Source of the DNA: Fidelibacterota bacterium
GTDB taxonomy: Bacteria; Fidelibacterota; Marinisomatia; Marinisomatales; UBA1611
Reading direction: 5' to 3'
Assembly (NCBI GenBank): GCA_018671775.1
Contig: JABHGY010000015.1
Span: 1 to 53,028, forward strand
Length of the DNA stretch: 53,028 nucleotides
In this document: positions 28,483 to 39,321 of the stretch, piece by piece
Layout of the letters: each line of letters begins with the position of its first letter
Numbering within the stretch: the stretch's first letter is position 1
Position numbers and translations under genes: made by a program
Notes under the pieces: generated by a model
Database searches by the model: none
Seen by the model: only the letters and a program-made list of their open reading frames with translations
What the model was told of the DNA's origin: nothing

Positions 28483-29148
28483 TTATTTAGAGTCATCATC
28501 CGAGCTGGATTCATCTGCTCCATCAGCTTTCTCTGAGTCTCCTTCGTCATCGCCTTCAAGCTCTTCATCAATTTCTTCTACGGGCTCTTCTTCAACTGCT
28601 GGCGGATGAATAGACGCAATATTTACATCTTCTGCTGTCACAATTTCAATGTCTTTATTTTCTGTGGTAATGTCCGCCACACTGATAGATGCATTCATTT
28701 CTAAATTAGAGATGTCAACTGGTATTTGCTCTGGCACATCAGTGGGCAAACATTTGATTTCAATAGACATTAATTGTTGAGATAAAACGCCACCCTCTTT
28801 GATTCCAAGAGCTTCGCCTTCCAAGACAAGTGGGACCGTAATGTTCATTTTTTCAGAACGGCGAACGCGCATTAAATCTAAATGAACCACATCATCTGTT
28901 ACAGGGTGATATTGTACTTGCTTAATCATTGCAAACTGTGTGTCTCCCCCTGTTTCTATCTCAAAAATATGTTGACCTGATTTAAGTGCGTGGAAAAGAT
29001 CACCTTTATCAATCGTTATGCTGACCGTATCTGATCCTGCATAATACAAAACAGCTGGTATTTGCCCTTCGCGACGCATCGCCCTAGCAAATTTCCCTCC
29101 GATTGTTGTTCTCTCTTTAATGTTTAATTTATAATAACTTGAAGCCAT
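28483..29148 (-). CDS. rplY: 50S ribosomal protein L25 / general stress protein Ctc, with an acidic C-terminal tail
   Basis: Two-domain Ctc-form L25 (RREGQIPAVLYY...) in prs-rplY-pth synteny. Confidence 0.9.
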   Translation of the reverse strand: MASSYYKLNIKERTTIGGKFARAMRREGQIPAVLYYAGSDTVSITIDKGDLFHALKSGQHIFEIETGGDTQFAMIKQVQYHPVTDDVVHLDLMRVRRSEKMNITVPLVLEGEALGIKEGGVLSQQLMSIEIKCLPTDVPEQIPVDISNLEMNASISVADITTENKDIEIVTAEDVNIASIHPPAVEEEPVEEIDEELEGDDEGDSEKADGADESSSDDDSK

Positions 29149-29163
29149 TTTTAATCTCCTAAT

Positions 29164-30114
29164 TTAAAATTCGAAAAGCGCGCTGACAGATTCACCTTTA
29201 TGAATCCGCTCAAGCGCATCTCCAAATACTTTCGCAACAGATACTATTTCCATATTCGGTAATTTTTTTTCTTCCTGTAATAAAATTGTATCTGTAATAA
29301 TTATTTTTTTGATGGGCGCCTTTTGTAAACGCTCAATTGCTGGTCCTGATAATACACCATGTGTTGCCACAGCGGTAACACTCCTTGCGCCCTCTTTCAT
29401 TGCCGCTTCGGCAGCATTCACGGTTGTTCCTGCTGTATCAATCATATCATCTATAATCAATACATCCATATTTTTTAATTCACCAATTAAATGGCTAATC
29501 TTTGCTTGATTTGGTTTGTAGCGTCGTTTATCAATCAATGCAAAATGCATTCCTAGTCGTTTTGCATAAGATTGCCCCATTGCGGCAGATCCAACATCCG
29601 GAGCAAGGACAACACATTCATCATGCTTCATCCCTCGGGATGTAATCGCATCTATCAAAACCATTCTACTATAAAGATGATCAAATGGAACCGTTGCAAA
29701 CCCTTGAATTTGGGTAGAATGCAAATCCATACTAATAATCCGATCCACACCCAGAGTTGAAATTATATCCACCATCACACGTGAAGAAATCGGAACGCGT
29801 GGCTGATCTTTTCTATCTTGTCTCGCATAGCCAAAATATGGAATCACTACGGTGACACTATTTGCCGAAGCACGAACCGCCGCATCAATCATGAGAAAAA
29901 GTTCCATCAGATTTTCTGAAGGACCATTTGTAGATTGGATGATGAAAACATCTTTTCTGCGAATATTTTCTTCATAACGAACCCACAGTTCTCCATCGGA
30001 AAATGTTCGAATGGTAACATCGCCAAGTGTTTGCCTCATTGAAGTGGCAATTTTTTCTGCAAGGATCGGATTGCTCCTACCTGCAAATAATTTCATATTT
30101 TCGTGTGTTATCAT
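29164..30114 (-). CDS. prs: Ribose-phosphate pyrophosphokinase
   Basis: YFGYARQDRK, MDLHSTQIQGF and IIDDMIDTAGT motifs. Confidence 0.95.
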   Translation of the reverse strand: MITHENMKLFAGRSNPILAEKIATSMRQTLGDVTIRTFSDGELWVRYEENIRRKDVFIIQSTNGPSENLMELFLMIDAAVRASANSVTVVIPYFGYARQDRKDQPRVPISSRVMVDIISTLGVDRIISMDLHSTQIQGFATVPFDHLYSRMVLIDAITSRGMKHDECVVLAPDVGSAAMGQSYAKRLGMHFALIDKRRYKPNQAKISHLIGELKNMDVLIIDDMIDTAGTTVNAAEAAMKEGARSVTAVATHGVLSGPAIERLQKAPIKKIIITDTILLQEEKKLPNMEIVSVAKVFGDALERIHKGESVSALFEF

Positions 30115-30119
30115 AATTG

Positions 30120-30190
30120 CTGGGGCGTAGGGAATCGAACCCCAACTGCCTGGACCAAAACCAGGTGTCCTACCGTTAGACGACGCCCCA
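30120..30190 (-). tRNA. tRNA-Gln (anticodon UUG)
   Basis: The reverse complement reads TGGGGCG-TC-GTCT-AACGGTA-GGAC-A-CCTGG-TTTTGGT-CCAGG-CAGT-TGGGG-TTCGATT-CCCTA-CGCCCCA-G. This folds by hand into a full cloverleaf of 71 nt. CCA is not encoded. Confidence 0.93.
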
Positions 30191-30209
30191 AAATATTTTT
30201 TGGGTTAAA

Positions 30210-31100
30210 TTACAACAATCTATTTTTGGGGGAAGTAAGAATGGTAAGATATTCGGATGGCATGTCTGACTCAGCTTTTAATGCATTAGCTTCTTCGTCA
30301 AAGATTCCATACACAGTCGAACCACTTCCCGACAAACTGACATATTTTGCTCCTCTACCAAGAATCGCTGCTTTGATTCTGCCAATCTCTGGATATGTTG
30401 GAATTACTACTAATTCAAAATCATTCTCAAAAAACTCAAGTGGACTCTCATCCCCTTGAAAAAGGTGGGCAAAATTATGTGAAACCTTTTGTTCCTCCAA
30501 GTGCTTTTTTATTTGCGCATAAGCCCATGCCGTTTCGATAGAAAGGTTTGGAATAACCAATAAGTATGTTCCAGAAACAGGATAGAGGAAAGCTCTTAAT
30601 TTTTCGCCAATCCCTTCACCTAATTGCGTGCCGCCTTCAATAAAAAATGGGACATCCGCGCCTAAGATTTTTCCCAGCTCCATCAATTCTATATTTGAAA
30701 GCTTTGCTTCGAATAATTGATTAAGCCCTATTAATATACTTGCAGCATTAGAAGAACCACCTCCAAGCCCTCCTCCAGCAGGGATGTTTTTTTCAAGTCG
30801 AATCGCAACGCCAGTGGACGGGGAAACTTTTTTTAAAAAAACAGACCATGCTTGGATGCATAAATTTGATTCATCGTTTTTTAACCAATCAACATTTGAT
30901 GAAAATTCGTAACCAGAATCAATGCGGGTCAGTGTAATGGTATCATGAAATCCTAATTCCTGGAAAACAGTCTGAATATTGTGATAACCATCCGAGCGCT
31001 GTGCCAAGACCCGAAGCCCAATATTAACTTTAGCGTGCGATTTTAAAGAAATTGTGTTTTTCAAAGAGTGGTAATTGTTACGATGGCTTGAACTGCCCAC
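30210..31100 (-). CDS. ispE: 4-diphosphocytidyl-2-C-methyl-D-erythritol kinase
   Basis: AKVNIGLRVLAQRSDGYHNIQT and PAGGGLGGGSSNAA (GHMP kinase) motifs. The listed ATG overlaps ispF by 40 nt. An in-frame TTG at 31064 would instead give a TTGA stop/start overlap, so the start is uncertain. Confidence 0.88.
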   Translation of the reverse strand: MGSSSHRNNYHSLKNTISLKSHAKVNIGLRVLAQRSDGYHNIQTVFQELGFHDTITLTRIDSGYEFSSNVDWLKNDESNLCIQAWSVFLKKVSPSTGVAIRLEKNIPAGGGLGGGSSNAASILIGLNQLFEAKLSNIELMELGKILGADVPFFIEGGTQLGEGIGEKLRAFLYPVSGTYLLVIPNLSIETAWAYAQIKKHLEEQKVSHNFAHLFQGDESPLEFFENDFELVVIPTYPEIGRIKAAILGRGAKYVSLSGSGSTVYGIFDEEANALKAESDMPSEYLTILTSPKNRLL

Positions 31101-31537
31101 CCTTTTTCTTCTCCAATGTATCCCAAATAATCAGTGGTAGTTGCTTTTACAGATACTTGTGTCTCGTCTATTTGCATTGAATAAGCCAAATTATATTTCA
31201 TTTGCTCAAGATGGTCAGCCAGTTTCGGCTTTTGAAGAATGACAGTGGCATCAACATTATTAATTTCAAAGCCAGCTTCCCGAATGCGTTTAACTGCATC
31301 TTCCAAAAAATGCCTACTGGGTTTATCCTTCCATTTTTGATCCACACTTGGAAAAAATTGCCCAATATCGCCCAAAGACGCTGCCCCCAATAATGCGTCT
31401 ACAATCGCATGAATGAGCGCATCTCCGTCTGAATGTCCAACAGATCCTTTTTTGCTCTGAATATTCACACCGCCAATGACAAGCTTTTCGCCTTCAGCCA
31501 GTTGGTGTGCATCATATCCAATTCCTGTTCTAATCAT
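31061..31537 (-). CDS. ispF: 2-C-methyl-D-erythritol 2,4-cyclodiphosphate synthase
   Basis: IGYDAHQL and GHSDGDALIHA motifs, 158 aa. Confidence 0.95.
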   Translation of the reverse strand: MIRTGIGYDAHQLAEGEKLVIGGVNIQSKKGSVGHSDGDALIHAIVDALLGAASLGDIGQFFPSVDQKWKDKPSRHFLEDAVKRIREAGFEINNVDATVILQKPKLADHLEQMKYNLAYSMQIDETQVSVKATTTDYLGYIGEEKGWAVQAIVTITTL

Positions 31538-31561
31538 TTTGAAAGAGAACTTTTTTCATAA

Positions 31562-32614
31562 TTAAACAATAATCATAGAATCCCCATAAGAGAGGAAACG
31601 GTAATCATTTTTTTTTGCTTCTCGATAGGCTTTCATCATCAGTTTCCTAGACCCAAAGGCAGAAACCATCATCATTAACGTTGATTTTGGTGCATGAAAA
31701 TTCGTAACCATTCTATCCACCATTTTATAATCATAAGGAGGGTAAATAAATTTATCTGTCCAGCCTCTTTTTGGAGAAACTTGAAATCCTGATACAACCA
31801 CTGTTTCAAGCGCTCTCACCGTGGATGTGCCGACAGCAATGATTCTACGATGTTTCTTTCGTGCCTCATTAATCGCTAATGCCACTTTTGGAGAAACTTC
31901 AAAATATTCAGAATCCATTTGATGTCTATTCAAATCTTCTACCTGAACAGGGCGAAATGTTCCTAAGCCAATATGAAGTGTTACATATTCAATTTTGACG
32001 CCTTTAGCTTCAATCTTTTTAAGCAGGGGGTTGGTAAAATGAAGTCCTGCAGTCGGAGCCGCAACTGCACCACGCTCTTGTGCATAAACGGTTTGATATC
32101 GTTTTTTATCCGATGCTTCGACCGCACGATCAATATAGGGTGGTAAGGGGGATGCTCCAACCTTATCAATAAGACTGTGAACATCCTCACCATCATAATC
32201 AAAACGAACAACCCGTCCACCGGAAACCGTATTATCAATCACATCGCATTGCATTTTATTATTAAAAATAAGCTTATTTCCAATCCGAACTTTTCTTGCT
32301 GGTTTTACCATAACTTCCCAAAGGTCATTGGATAATTCACGCAAAAGAAAAACTTCTACTCTTGCATCTGTCCGATCTTTGGTAGCAAAAAGTCGCGCTG
32401 GAAAAACTTTTGTTTTGTTTAGAATTAATAAATCATTTTTCTTCAAATAATCAACAATGTTCGAAAACTTCTTATGCTCAATTGTGTTGTCTTCTCTGTT
32501 CACTACCATCATTTTTGCTTGATCTCGTTTTTGCGCAGGATATTGAGCAATATATTTTTTGGGTAATGAATAATCAAAATCTGCTAATTTATACTTTTTC
32601 TTTTTTTGTATCAT
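31562..32614 (-). CDS. queA: S-adenosylmethionine:tRNA ribosyltransferase-isomerase
   Basis: [16 protein letters not shown]-terminus, [10 protein letters not shown] and a C-terminal [12 protein letters not shown] motif. Confidence 0.95.
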   Translation of the reverse strand: MIQKKKKYKLADFDYSLPKKYIAQYPAQKRDQAKMMVVNREDNTIEHKKFSNIVDYLKKNDLLILNKTKVFPARLFATKDRTDARVEVFLLRELSNDLWEVMVKPARKVRIGNKLIFNNKMQCDVIDNTVSGGRVVRFDYDGEDVHSLIDKVGASPLPPYIDRAVEASDKKRYQTVYAQERGAVAAPTAGLHFTNPLLKKIEAKGVKIEYVTLHIGLGTFRPVQVEDLNRHQMDSEYFEVSPKVALAINEARKKHRRIIAVGTSTVRALETVVVSGFQVSPKRGWTDKFIYPPYDYKMVDRMVTNFHAPKSTLMMMVSAFGSRKLMMKAYREAKKNDYRFLSYGDSMIIV

Positions 32615-33633
32615 TGAAATAATCCTTGTTGATCTTTTTTTATTGTTTTTCCTAGTAATGTAAAGGCTGATTCTTGCGCAATTCTTCCTCGAGAAGTTCG
32701 CTGTAAAAACCCTTCTTTAATTAAAAACGGTTCATACACATCTTCAATGGTATTCACGTCTTCTCCAATGGCGACGGCTAGTGATTTAACGCCAACAGGT
32801 CCTCCATTAAATTTATCTATCAGTACTTCTAAAATTTTTCGATCCATATCATCCAAGCCAATTTCGTCTATACCTAATTTTTCTAATGCGCCCTTTGCGA
32901 CAGCAATATCAATTTTCCCATCTGCTTTCACTTGAGCAAAATCGCGGGTTCTTCGTAGGATACGATTCGCAACTCGAGGAGTTCCACGGCTTCTCCGCGC
33001 CAATTCCATCGCTCCGTCGTCATCAATCGCTACTTCCAAGATTTTAGCAGATCGATTTATGATATGAAATAAATCTTCCGCCTTGTAATAATCTACACGC
33101 AAAATAACACCAAATCTATCTCGCAAAGGTGAAGTGAGATTTCCTAATCGTGTTGTAGCGCCAATTAATGTAAAAGGTTCCACACTGAGCTGAACGCTAC
33201 GAGCGCTGGGGCCTTTGTCAATCATAATATCAATGGAAAAATCTTCCATAGCAGAATATAAATATTCTTCTACAACGCTATTTAGGCGATGAATTTCATC
33301 AATGAAAAACACATCTCGATGTCCAAGATTTGTAATCATACCCGCTAAATCGCCGGCCCGCTCCAACACAGGACCAGACGCTTGCTTAATATTTGTATTG
33401 AGTTCTGTAGAAATAATATTAGCTAGGGTGGTTTTTCCTAGTCCAGGAGGGCCAAATAAGAGCACATGGTCTAAGGCATCTCCCCGGTTATTTGCCGCTT
33501 CTATGTAAAGCTTTAAATTATCAACTAATTCCTTTTGACCAATGAACTCATCAAATTTGGATGGACGGAGAGACTTCTCAATAACCAGGTCATCCTCAAA
33601 CGGGCTTGGGTCTGTAATATGTATTTCTGTCAC
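32611..33633 (-). CDS. ruvB: Holliday junction branch migration helicase RuvB
   Basis: [31 protein letters not shown] and [12 protein letters not shown] motifs. 4-nt overlap with queA. Confidence 0.96.
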   Translation of the reverse strand: MTEIHITDPSPFEDDLVIEKSLRPSKFDEFIGQKELVDNLKLYIEAANNRGDALDHVLLFGPPGLGKTTLANIISTELNTNIKQASGPVLERAGDLAGMITNLGHRDVFFIDEIHRLNSVVEEYLYSAMEDFSIDIMIDKGPSARSVQLSVEPFTLIGATTRLGNLTSPLRDRFGVILRVDYYKAEDLFHIINRSAKILEVAIDDDGAMELARRSRGTPRVANRILRRTRDFAQVKADGKIDIAVAKGALEKLGIDEIGLDDMDRKILEVLIDKFNGGPVGVKSLAVAIGEDVNTIEDVYEPFLIKEGFLQRTSRGRIAQESAFTLLGKTIKKDQQGLFQ

Positions 33634-33670
33634 AACAAATTCATCAATAATCAGCTAAAATCAAGACCCT

Positions 33671-33701
33671 AAGATACAAAATCACTACAGGGGGTTGTCA
33701 A
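33671..33701 (-). promoter_or_regulatory. Possible sigma70-like promoter for the ruvB-queA unit
   Basis: The minus strand reads TTGACA (33701-33696), a 19-nt spacer, then TATCTT (33676-33671), about 40 nt upstream of the ruvB start. The spacer is longer than optimal, so this is weak. Confidence 0.25.
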
Positions 33702-33730
33702 GAGCCAGAATTGAATTATTGGATAAACTT

Positions 33731-36040
33731 TTACTCTTTTTCAAAAATTGCACTGATTTTAGATAATCTCTCGTTTTGTCTGTCCGCAAAACGCAAAATT
33801 GCTTCCCATTGCCATTTAGCGGATAAGTGGGCTTCATCAATCACTTCATCTAACGTTCCGCCAGAACGCCAACGATTATCCCAATCAGCTGATACAGAAT
33901 ATTCATTTACCGTTGGATATTTAGACCAATTGCTCATGTTGGCAATACTTGTATTCGTGATAATCATGGCATCTAACCACTCTCTATCAGAAATAATTGA
34001 TTTTTGATATTTCTCTGTTTGCATTTCAAATAACCCATAAGATAGGGCTGCCACAATTTTAACGTTCGGACCGTCTTGGTCAAATCGTGGGATAAGGCTT
34101 AATAATTCATCAATCGCTTTTGTTCCACGCATTAAAACAACGCCTTCTTTTTTACGGTTCTTGTCATAATTTCTTATAATATATGCTCCCTTGGCAGCAT
34201 CAAAATGACTGGCCATTCCCAATCTTTTTCGGTCGGGTATTTTAACGCCAGGTCGTGTTAAGTGTAATGCGATAATTGGAATGTCGCATGCTAAAGCTGC
34301 GCCCAACATGGCTGGCACTTCATTATATTCATAAGGATGAAGATTAAGAACATGCCCTTTTGGAAAAAGTTGAGTTACTCCTGGAGAAAAAATACCAAAA
34401 TGTGTTCGGCTGTCTTCCGCAGTCTCTGGGCCACTATGTCCTGCAACCCAAATGGTTTTTCCTACTTTTAATTGTGAATCTTGAGCAACCTGGGAAAACA
34501 AGCGATAGGCGCCATACTTTAAGTAAGAAAACGAACCGTAAGTACTGGCTGCAGTGAAATATCCATTGAACTCATCAAAACCATCTTCAGAAAAATTGAC
34601 AGAACTAATTCCAACATTTATCCCAGCATTTGCAAATTCTGTAATTCCTTGCGGCATTAATGCTCCGCTTGGATTCTTGTCACGGTGATACATGCCAGAG
34701 TCTGGTGCTTCTCCATATCCTTTCGCAAATCCTGCGATATTAGTAGATCCAGCTAAGTCTGCTGAGTTAACAAGAAATAAGGGGCGCCCATATTTTTTCT
34801 GCGTGTAGGTATTTATCCATGATCCAAAATCACCAAAACCCGCACGATTTGGCGCCACTTCTCCTGGCTTCTTATAAAATGGATAGCTACGATAAGCAAA
34901 AAGCGTTTCATCGTCTAACGGGTTTTCATTAAACTGGCTTCCGCCCTCCGTTTTGACATTATCTCCTAATTCAACCAAACGATTAGATAAATAGTCCAAA
35001 AGCCCATCTTGTTTTTCAAATAATGAAAAAACCGATTCTAAGACTGCTTGCATCTGTATTTTATTTGTCTCGTAATCTAGATCTGATGTATCATAAATGT
35101 GGGGAATGTCAATTTCATATTTTTCAGAATAATCTTCTTTAGTTTTCCAAAATTCAGCTGAATTTCGTTTGTGGGGAGCACCGTGACTTGGAGCATCAAA
35201 TTTTCCATACCCTCTCCCTTTTCTCATTTTCATATAAAGCATTTTTGGTTGGTGTGGATTTTCATTATCCATTAATTTGATATAAGCGGACATTAGCTCT
35301 TTCCAATTTTCTCCATCTTCCACACCTTCAACTGCCCAGCCATAGGGCTCAAACCAATCGCGAGGCGTTCCAGCTATAATATCACTAAATGGACGTCCAT
35401 CAATTCCAAAATCGTTCCAATCAACCAAAGTAATAAAATTGCCTAAACCTAGCCCAAAAGCTGAGTTTTTCGTTTCATGAATAACGCCAGGCGTCAATCC
35501 CCCTTCGCCCTCAATCGTAAATACCTTAACCTGGTCGAGTCCAGCATATTTTAACGCGAATGCCTGCCCGGCCGCCACTGGAAACCCGTGCCCGCTTGGG
35601 CCTGTGTTTGTTTTGAAGAACAGCGTTTTCCCCTCCATTTCAGCATGCCCCGGTAAACCGCCTCTACGTCGTAAACTTAAGGTGTCTTCAAAGGTCAATG
35701 TATATTCAGTGCCCAGTGGGTTTAGATATTTTTTATCGCGTGTCTCTTGATATTTCCGTCGCAAAGCTTCGTTAAATACCGATAATGTAGCATAAACGAC
35801 TGGATTTGCATGTCCTGCGCTTAAAATAAATCTATCCCCAAATCGCTTCTCTGGTTGGCGTATATCCCAAGACATAACGCCAGAAAGTAAGGTGGCAATC
35901 ATTGCATGAACCTTTGATCGACTTCCTCCAGGGTGGCCGCTTTGGCTTAAATTTAACATAACGTCAATATTTTGATCAACCATGTCTTTAATGGCTTCCC
36001 AATATTTAAAATCAGATTTCAATTCTTCTAATGTCTTCAT
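33731..36040 (-). CDS. Transketolase-family thiamine-diphosphate enzyme (long, 769 aa, atypical)
   Basis: [22 protein letters not shown] and TGPSGHG motifs, plus a TPP-motif region [10 protein letters not shown]...[11 protein letters not shown]. An insertion of about 100 aa separates the PP and Pyr domains. Confidence 0.8.
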   Translation of the reverse strand: MKTLEELKSDFKYWEAIKDMVDQNIDVMLNLSQSGHPGGSRSKVHAMIATLLSGVMSWDIRQPEKRFGDRFILSAGHANPVVYATLSVFNEALRRKYQETRDKKYLNPLGTEYTLTFEDTLSLRRRGGLPGHAEMEGKTLFFKTNTGPSGHGFPVAAGQAFALKYAGLDQVKVFTIEGEGGLTPGVIHETKNSAFGLGLGNFITLVDWNDFGIDGRPFSDIIAGTPRDWFEPYGWAVEGVEDGENWKELMSAYIKLMDNENPHQPKMLYMKMRKGRGYGKFDAPSHGAPHKRNSAEFWKTKEDYSEKYEIDIPHIYDTSDLDYETNKIQMQAVLESVFSLFEKQDGLLDYLSNRLVELGDNVKTEGGSQFNENPLDDETLFAYRSYPFYKKPGEVAPNRAGFGDFGSWINTYTQKKYGRPLFLVNSADLAGSTNIAGFAKGYGEAPDSGMYHRDKNPSGALMPQGITEFANAGINVGISSVNFSEDGFDEFNGYFTAASTYGSFSYLKYGAYRLFSQVAQDSQLKVGKTIWVAGHSGPETAEDSRTHFGIFSPGVTQLFPKGHVLNLHPYEYNEVPAMLGAALACDIPIIALHLTRPGVKIPDRKRLGMASHFDAAKGAYIIRNYDKNRKKEGVVLMRGTKAIDELLSLIPRFDQDGPNVKIVAALSYGLFEMQTEKYQKSIISDREWLDAMIITNTSIANMSNWSKYPTVNEYSVSADWDNRWRSGGTLDEVIDEAHLSAKWQWEAILRFADRQNERLSKISAIFEKE

Positions 36041-38880
36041 TTCTTTTTCCTTTTTTCTGCAAATAATTGATTTAAATAAAATCCCGTATAAGATTCTTTT
36101 ACTTTTGCAACATCCTCTGGCGTCCCCTCAGCTAGGACGACTCCGCCTTCGTCACCCCCCTCTGGCCCCAAATCAATAATCCAATCTGCCGTTTTTATAA
36201 CATCTAAATTATGCTCAATTACAAGCACGGAATTTCCTCGATCCACCAATCTTTGTAAGACATCTAAAAGCATACGAATATCTTCGAAATGTAGGCCCGT
36301 CGTCGGTTCATCCAAAATATAAAATGTTTTTGTTGTGCTCATTTTTGATAGTTCTGTTGCCAATTTTATTCGTTGCGCTTCGCCTCCAGAAAGGGTTGTA
36401 GCTTGCTGTCCTAAATGAATATATCCAAGCCCAACATCATTTAATGTAACCAGTTTTTTATGAACTGGTGGAATATGCTTAAAAAAATCCAATGCTTCCG
36501 CTACTGACATCTCCAAAATATCTGAAATTGATTTTCCGCGATATTTAATTTCCAATGTTTCTCTATTATATCGCCTCCCGTGACAAACCTCACAAGTAAC
36601 ATAAACATCTGGAAGAAAATTCATTTCAATTTTAATAATCCCATCACCATCGCAAGATGCGCAACGCCCCCCCTTTACATTAAAAGAAAAACGCCCCGGT
36701 TTATATCCGCGAATTTTAGCTTCAGGTAATTTCGCGAATAAATCCCTGATATGAGTAAATAATCCTGTATAAGTTGCAGGGTTTGAACGAGGTGTTCGCC
36801 CAATAGGGCGCTGATCAATATCTACAACTTTGTCAATATATTTTAATCCTTCGATAGATTTATGAGCGAGTGGGTATTGCCTTGATCTAGTCAAGTATTT
36901 TGCCAATATTGGATATAATGTTTCATTTACTAACGTGCTTTTCCCGCTACCAGAAACGCCTGTTACAACTACAAATTTTCCTAGTGGAAAATCTACATTT
37001 ATATTTTTAAGGTTATTCCCAACTGCTCCTTTTAATGAAATTTGTTTTGTGATTTTACTTCTTCGTTTTTTAGGAATGGGGATTTTTTTCTTTCCCGATA
37101 AATACTTTCCAGTCAACGATTTCTTACTTTTCAACAGAGCAGATGGAACACCCGCAAAAGTAATTTCCCCGCCATTTCGCCCTGCACCAGGACCTAAATC
37201 AATTACGAAATCTGCTGCTAACATTGTTTCTTCATCGTGTTCAACCACCAAAATAGAATTACCAATATCTCGTAAAGTTTTTAGTGTATTCAAAAGTCGA
37301 TTGTTGTCTCGAGGGTGTAATCCAATCGAAGGCTCATCTAAAATATATAGAACACCCATGAGCTGAGAACCAATTTGTGTTGCGAGACGAATGCGCTGTG
37401 CTTCGCCGCCAGACAATGTGGCGGCAGAACGATCAAGTGTTAAATAATTTAGTCCTACATTAACTAAAAACTGAAGACGTTGCTTCAACTCTTTTAATAT
37501 TTGATCAGCAATAGATTGATGCATTTTAGATAATTTCAGATTTTCGAAATAAGATTGAATCCCTTTAATAGACATGGCGGACAACTCGCCCAAAGTAATG
37601 CCTCCTACTTTGACGCCAAGAGATTCTTTTCTTAATCGACTGCCTTTGCAGTCAACGCAAGGCCGCATGCTCATAAATTGTTCAATCCATTCTCGCACTC
37701 CAGTTGATTTTGTCTGCTTGTATCGACGCATTAAATTTGGAACAGTTCCTTCCCAACCGCCAGTGTAAGTTCCAGCCCATCTTTCTGATGTATAAGACAT
37801 TTTGAATTTTTCATTCCCAGTCCCAAATAGAAGCATTTGTCTGATTTCTGGGCTTAATTTTTTCCATGGGCTTGTAAAATTGAATTGATAATGCTTAGAC
37901 AGGCTTTTTAAAATACTGCCGTACCAATTTCCACGAGGTTGCTCTCCAAGAGGAACTATACTCCCTTGAATCAATGATTTATTTTTATCAGGGACAACCA
38001 AATCCGGATCGACTTCCATATGTGTGCCAAGCCCGTCACATTTTGGACATGCGCCATAAGGCGAATTAAAAGAAAACATGCGTGGTACCATTTCCTCCAT
38101 GCTGACCTCGCAATCTGGGCAGGAAAAATGCTCACTAAAAATATGTTCCTCATTTGGGAGTTCATTTACAATCAAAAGTCCGCTGCCAATTTTAAGTGCA
38201 AGTTCTATAGATTCGGTCAATCGTTCTTGAATTTTTTCCTTCATTTGAATCCGATCAACAACGACTTCAATGGTATGTTTTTTATTTTTATTTAAAATAA
38301 TTTTGTCGTCAATAGAATATACATCGCCATCTATGCGAACCCGGAGAAAGCCCTCTCGTCTTACTTCATCTAATATACCCTTATGCTCTCCTTTTCTTCC
38401 GCGAACCAAAGGCGCAAGAATGTGCATTCTGGTGTTTTTTGGAAAGTTCGAAATAATATCAACAATTTGTTGAACCGTTTGTTTTTGGATAGGTTTTCCG
38501 CATTTCCAACAATGTGGAATCCCAATATGCGCATAAAGCAAGCGAAGATAATCGTGGATTTCCGTAACGGTTCCAACGGTAGATCGAGGATTTCTTGCCG
38601 TTGCTTTTTGTTCAATAGAAATCGCCGGAGAAAGGCCCTCAATAGTGTCCATGTCTGGCTTTTCCATAAGCCCTAAGAATTGTCGGGCATAGGAGGAAAG
38701 GCTTTCTACATATCTTCTCTGTCCTTCAGCATAAATCGTATCAAAAGCTAATGAGGATTTCCCTGATCCAGATAAGCCAGTAATAACCACCAATTTATCT
38801 CTAGGGATTTCTACATTAATGTTTTTTAAATTGTGCTGCCGGGCACCTTTGATGATTATTTTGTCGTTTATTGCACTCAT
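36037..38880 (-). CDS. uvrA: Excinuclease ABC subunit A
   Basis: Two ABC modules ([34 protein letters not shown]), zinc-finger cysteines and LSGGE signatures. 947 aa. Confidence 0.97.
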   Translation of the reverse strand: MSAINDKIIIKGARQHNLKNINVEIPRDKLVVITGLSGSGKSSLAFDTIYAEGQRRYVESLSSYARQFLGLMEKPDMDTIEGLSPAISIEQKATARNPRSTVGTVTEIHDYLRLLYAHIGIPHCWKCGKPIQKQTVQQIVDIISNFPKNTRMHILAPLVRGRKGEHKGILDEVRREGFLRVRIDGDVYSIDDKIILNKNKKHTIEVVVDRIQMKEKIQERLTESIELALKIGSGLLIVNELPNEEHIFSEHFSCPDCEVSMEEMVPRMFSFNSPYGACPKCDGLGTHMEVDPDLVVPDKNKSLIQGSIVPLGEQPRGNWYGSILKSLSKHYQFNFTSPWKKLSPEIRQMLLFGTGNEKFKMSYTSERWAGTYTGGWEGTVPNLMRRYKQTKSTGVREWIEQFMSMRPCVDCKGSRLRKESLGVKVGGITLGELSAMSIKGIQSYFENLKLSKMHQSIADQILKELKQRLQFLVNVGLNYLTLDRSAATLSGGEAQRIRLATQIGSQLMGVLYILDEPSIGLHPRDNNRLLNTLKTLRDIGNSILVVEHDEETMLAADFVIDLGPGAGRNGGEITFAGVPSALLKSKKSLTGKYLSGKKKIPIPKKRRSKITKQISLKGAVGNNLKNINVDFPLGKFVVVTGVSGSGKSTLVNETLYPILAKYLTRSRQYPLAHKSIEGLKYIDKVVDIDQRPIGRTPRSNPATYTGLFTHIRDLFAKLPEAKIRGYKPGRFSFNVKGGRCASCDGDGIIKIEMNFLPDVYVTCEVCHGRRYNRETLEIKYRGKSISDILEMSVAEALDFFKHIPPVHKKLVTLNDVGLGYIHLGQQATTLSGGEAQRIKLATELSKMSTTKTFYILDEPTTGLHFEDIRMLLDVLQRLVDRGNSVLVIEHNLDVIKTADWIIDLGPEGGDEGGVVLAEGTPEDVAKVKESYTGFYLNQLFAEKRKKK

Positions 38881-38984
38881 AAAATCATATTGAATCTGTA
38901 ATATTTTGGTCCTAATCGACCTGGAATTTAGGGATTTTCAAATAGGATTTTTTGAACTATTTGAAATGTTTCTATTTATTAAGC

Positions 38985-39270
38985 TAGCACGGGTAAGTCG
39001 TAATTTGAAACCCCTTTGTGTCTCTCTTGAAATAAGAACGGGCTTACAGCTCCGACGAATGACGGAAATTCAAGCACCCTATTACGGGGGGAAAGTCTAT
39101 GATTGTGAATTGGAACCCTTGACGCTCTCCTCTGTCCTTCGCAATTCATAAGTTGGTTTCTCTGCTTCGCCACCAACTCAAATCTTGCTTTTGCTAATCG
39201 GGCTTAACTTAAAAACGTTGCATTAAGAACGATGGCCACTTTGCGGAAGTAAAAACAACTTTCGCAAAGG
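38985..39270. ncRNA. Candidate noncoding RNA or regulatory region, identity unknown
   Basis: It lies in a 441-bp gap with stops in all frames. By hand count, 39001-39240 is about 44% GC, at or above the coding level. Hairpins pair AGTTGGT (39151-39157) with ACCAACT (39172-39178), and CTTTGCG (39239-39245) with CGCAAAG (39263-39269). Repeated words are TAAGAACG (39033, 39224) and CGGGCTTA (39039, 39199). Confidence 0.3.
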
Positions 39271-39321
39271 ATTCTGACAATCTGTCTTTACTAAAATAAT
39301 TATAGGATAGGATAAAAATCG

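Noticed and set aside
30120-30190. tRNA-Gln as an integration hotspot marking a genomic island.
   Set aside because: It is wedged between ispE and prs with spacers of 19 nt and 5 nt. There is no integrase, no direct repeat of the tRNA 3' end and no compositional shift nearby.
38906-39176. An 81-aa plus-strand ORF and a 65-aa minus-strand ORF in the gap upstream of uvrA.
   Set aside because: They overlap each other on opposite strands, have odd composition, lack motifs and start in AT-rich sequence with no convincing signals. The region is better treated as noncoding.
39121-39180. Glycine-riboswitch-like words on the minus strand (GCGAAGGACAG followed by AGGAGAG).
   Set aside because: Only short fragments match. 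The conserved CGAAGGGGCAA-type core and the P1/P3 pairings could not be built, and the downstream gene is uvrA, not a glycine-metabolism gene.
38985-39300. RNase P RNA, suggested by the short matches GGAAAGTC (39090-39097) and AGAACGGGCTTAC / ATCGGGCTTAAC, which resemble the two P4 strands.
   Set aside because: The order and spacing are wrong. One P4-3'-like word precedes the GGAAAGTC word, and the other follows it by only about 110 nt where about 290 nt is expected. I found none of the other conserved segments (GGGUGAAA, GGUAA, ACAGAAAG core) on either strand.
38985-39300. tmRNA or SRP RNA, suggested by GCCACCA at 39169-39175, a GAAGCAG word on the minus strand and a gap of suitable size.
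   Set aside because: There is no T-arm (GGTTCGAnTCC-like stem-loop) next to the putative CCA end. There is no 5' GGGG acceptor partner with a G.U at position 3, no tag reading frame ending in an Ala-Ala stop, and no SRP GGAA-tetraloop helix 8.
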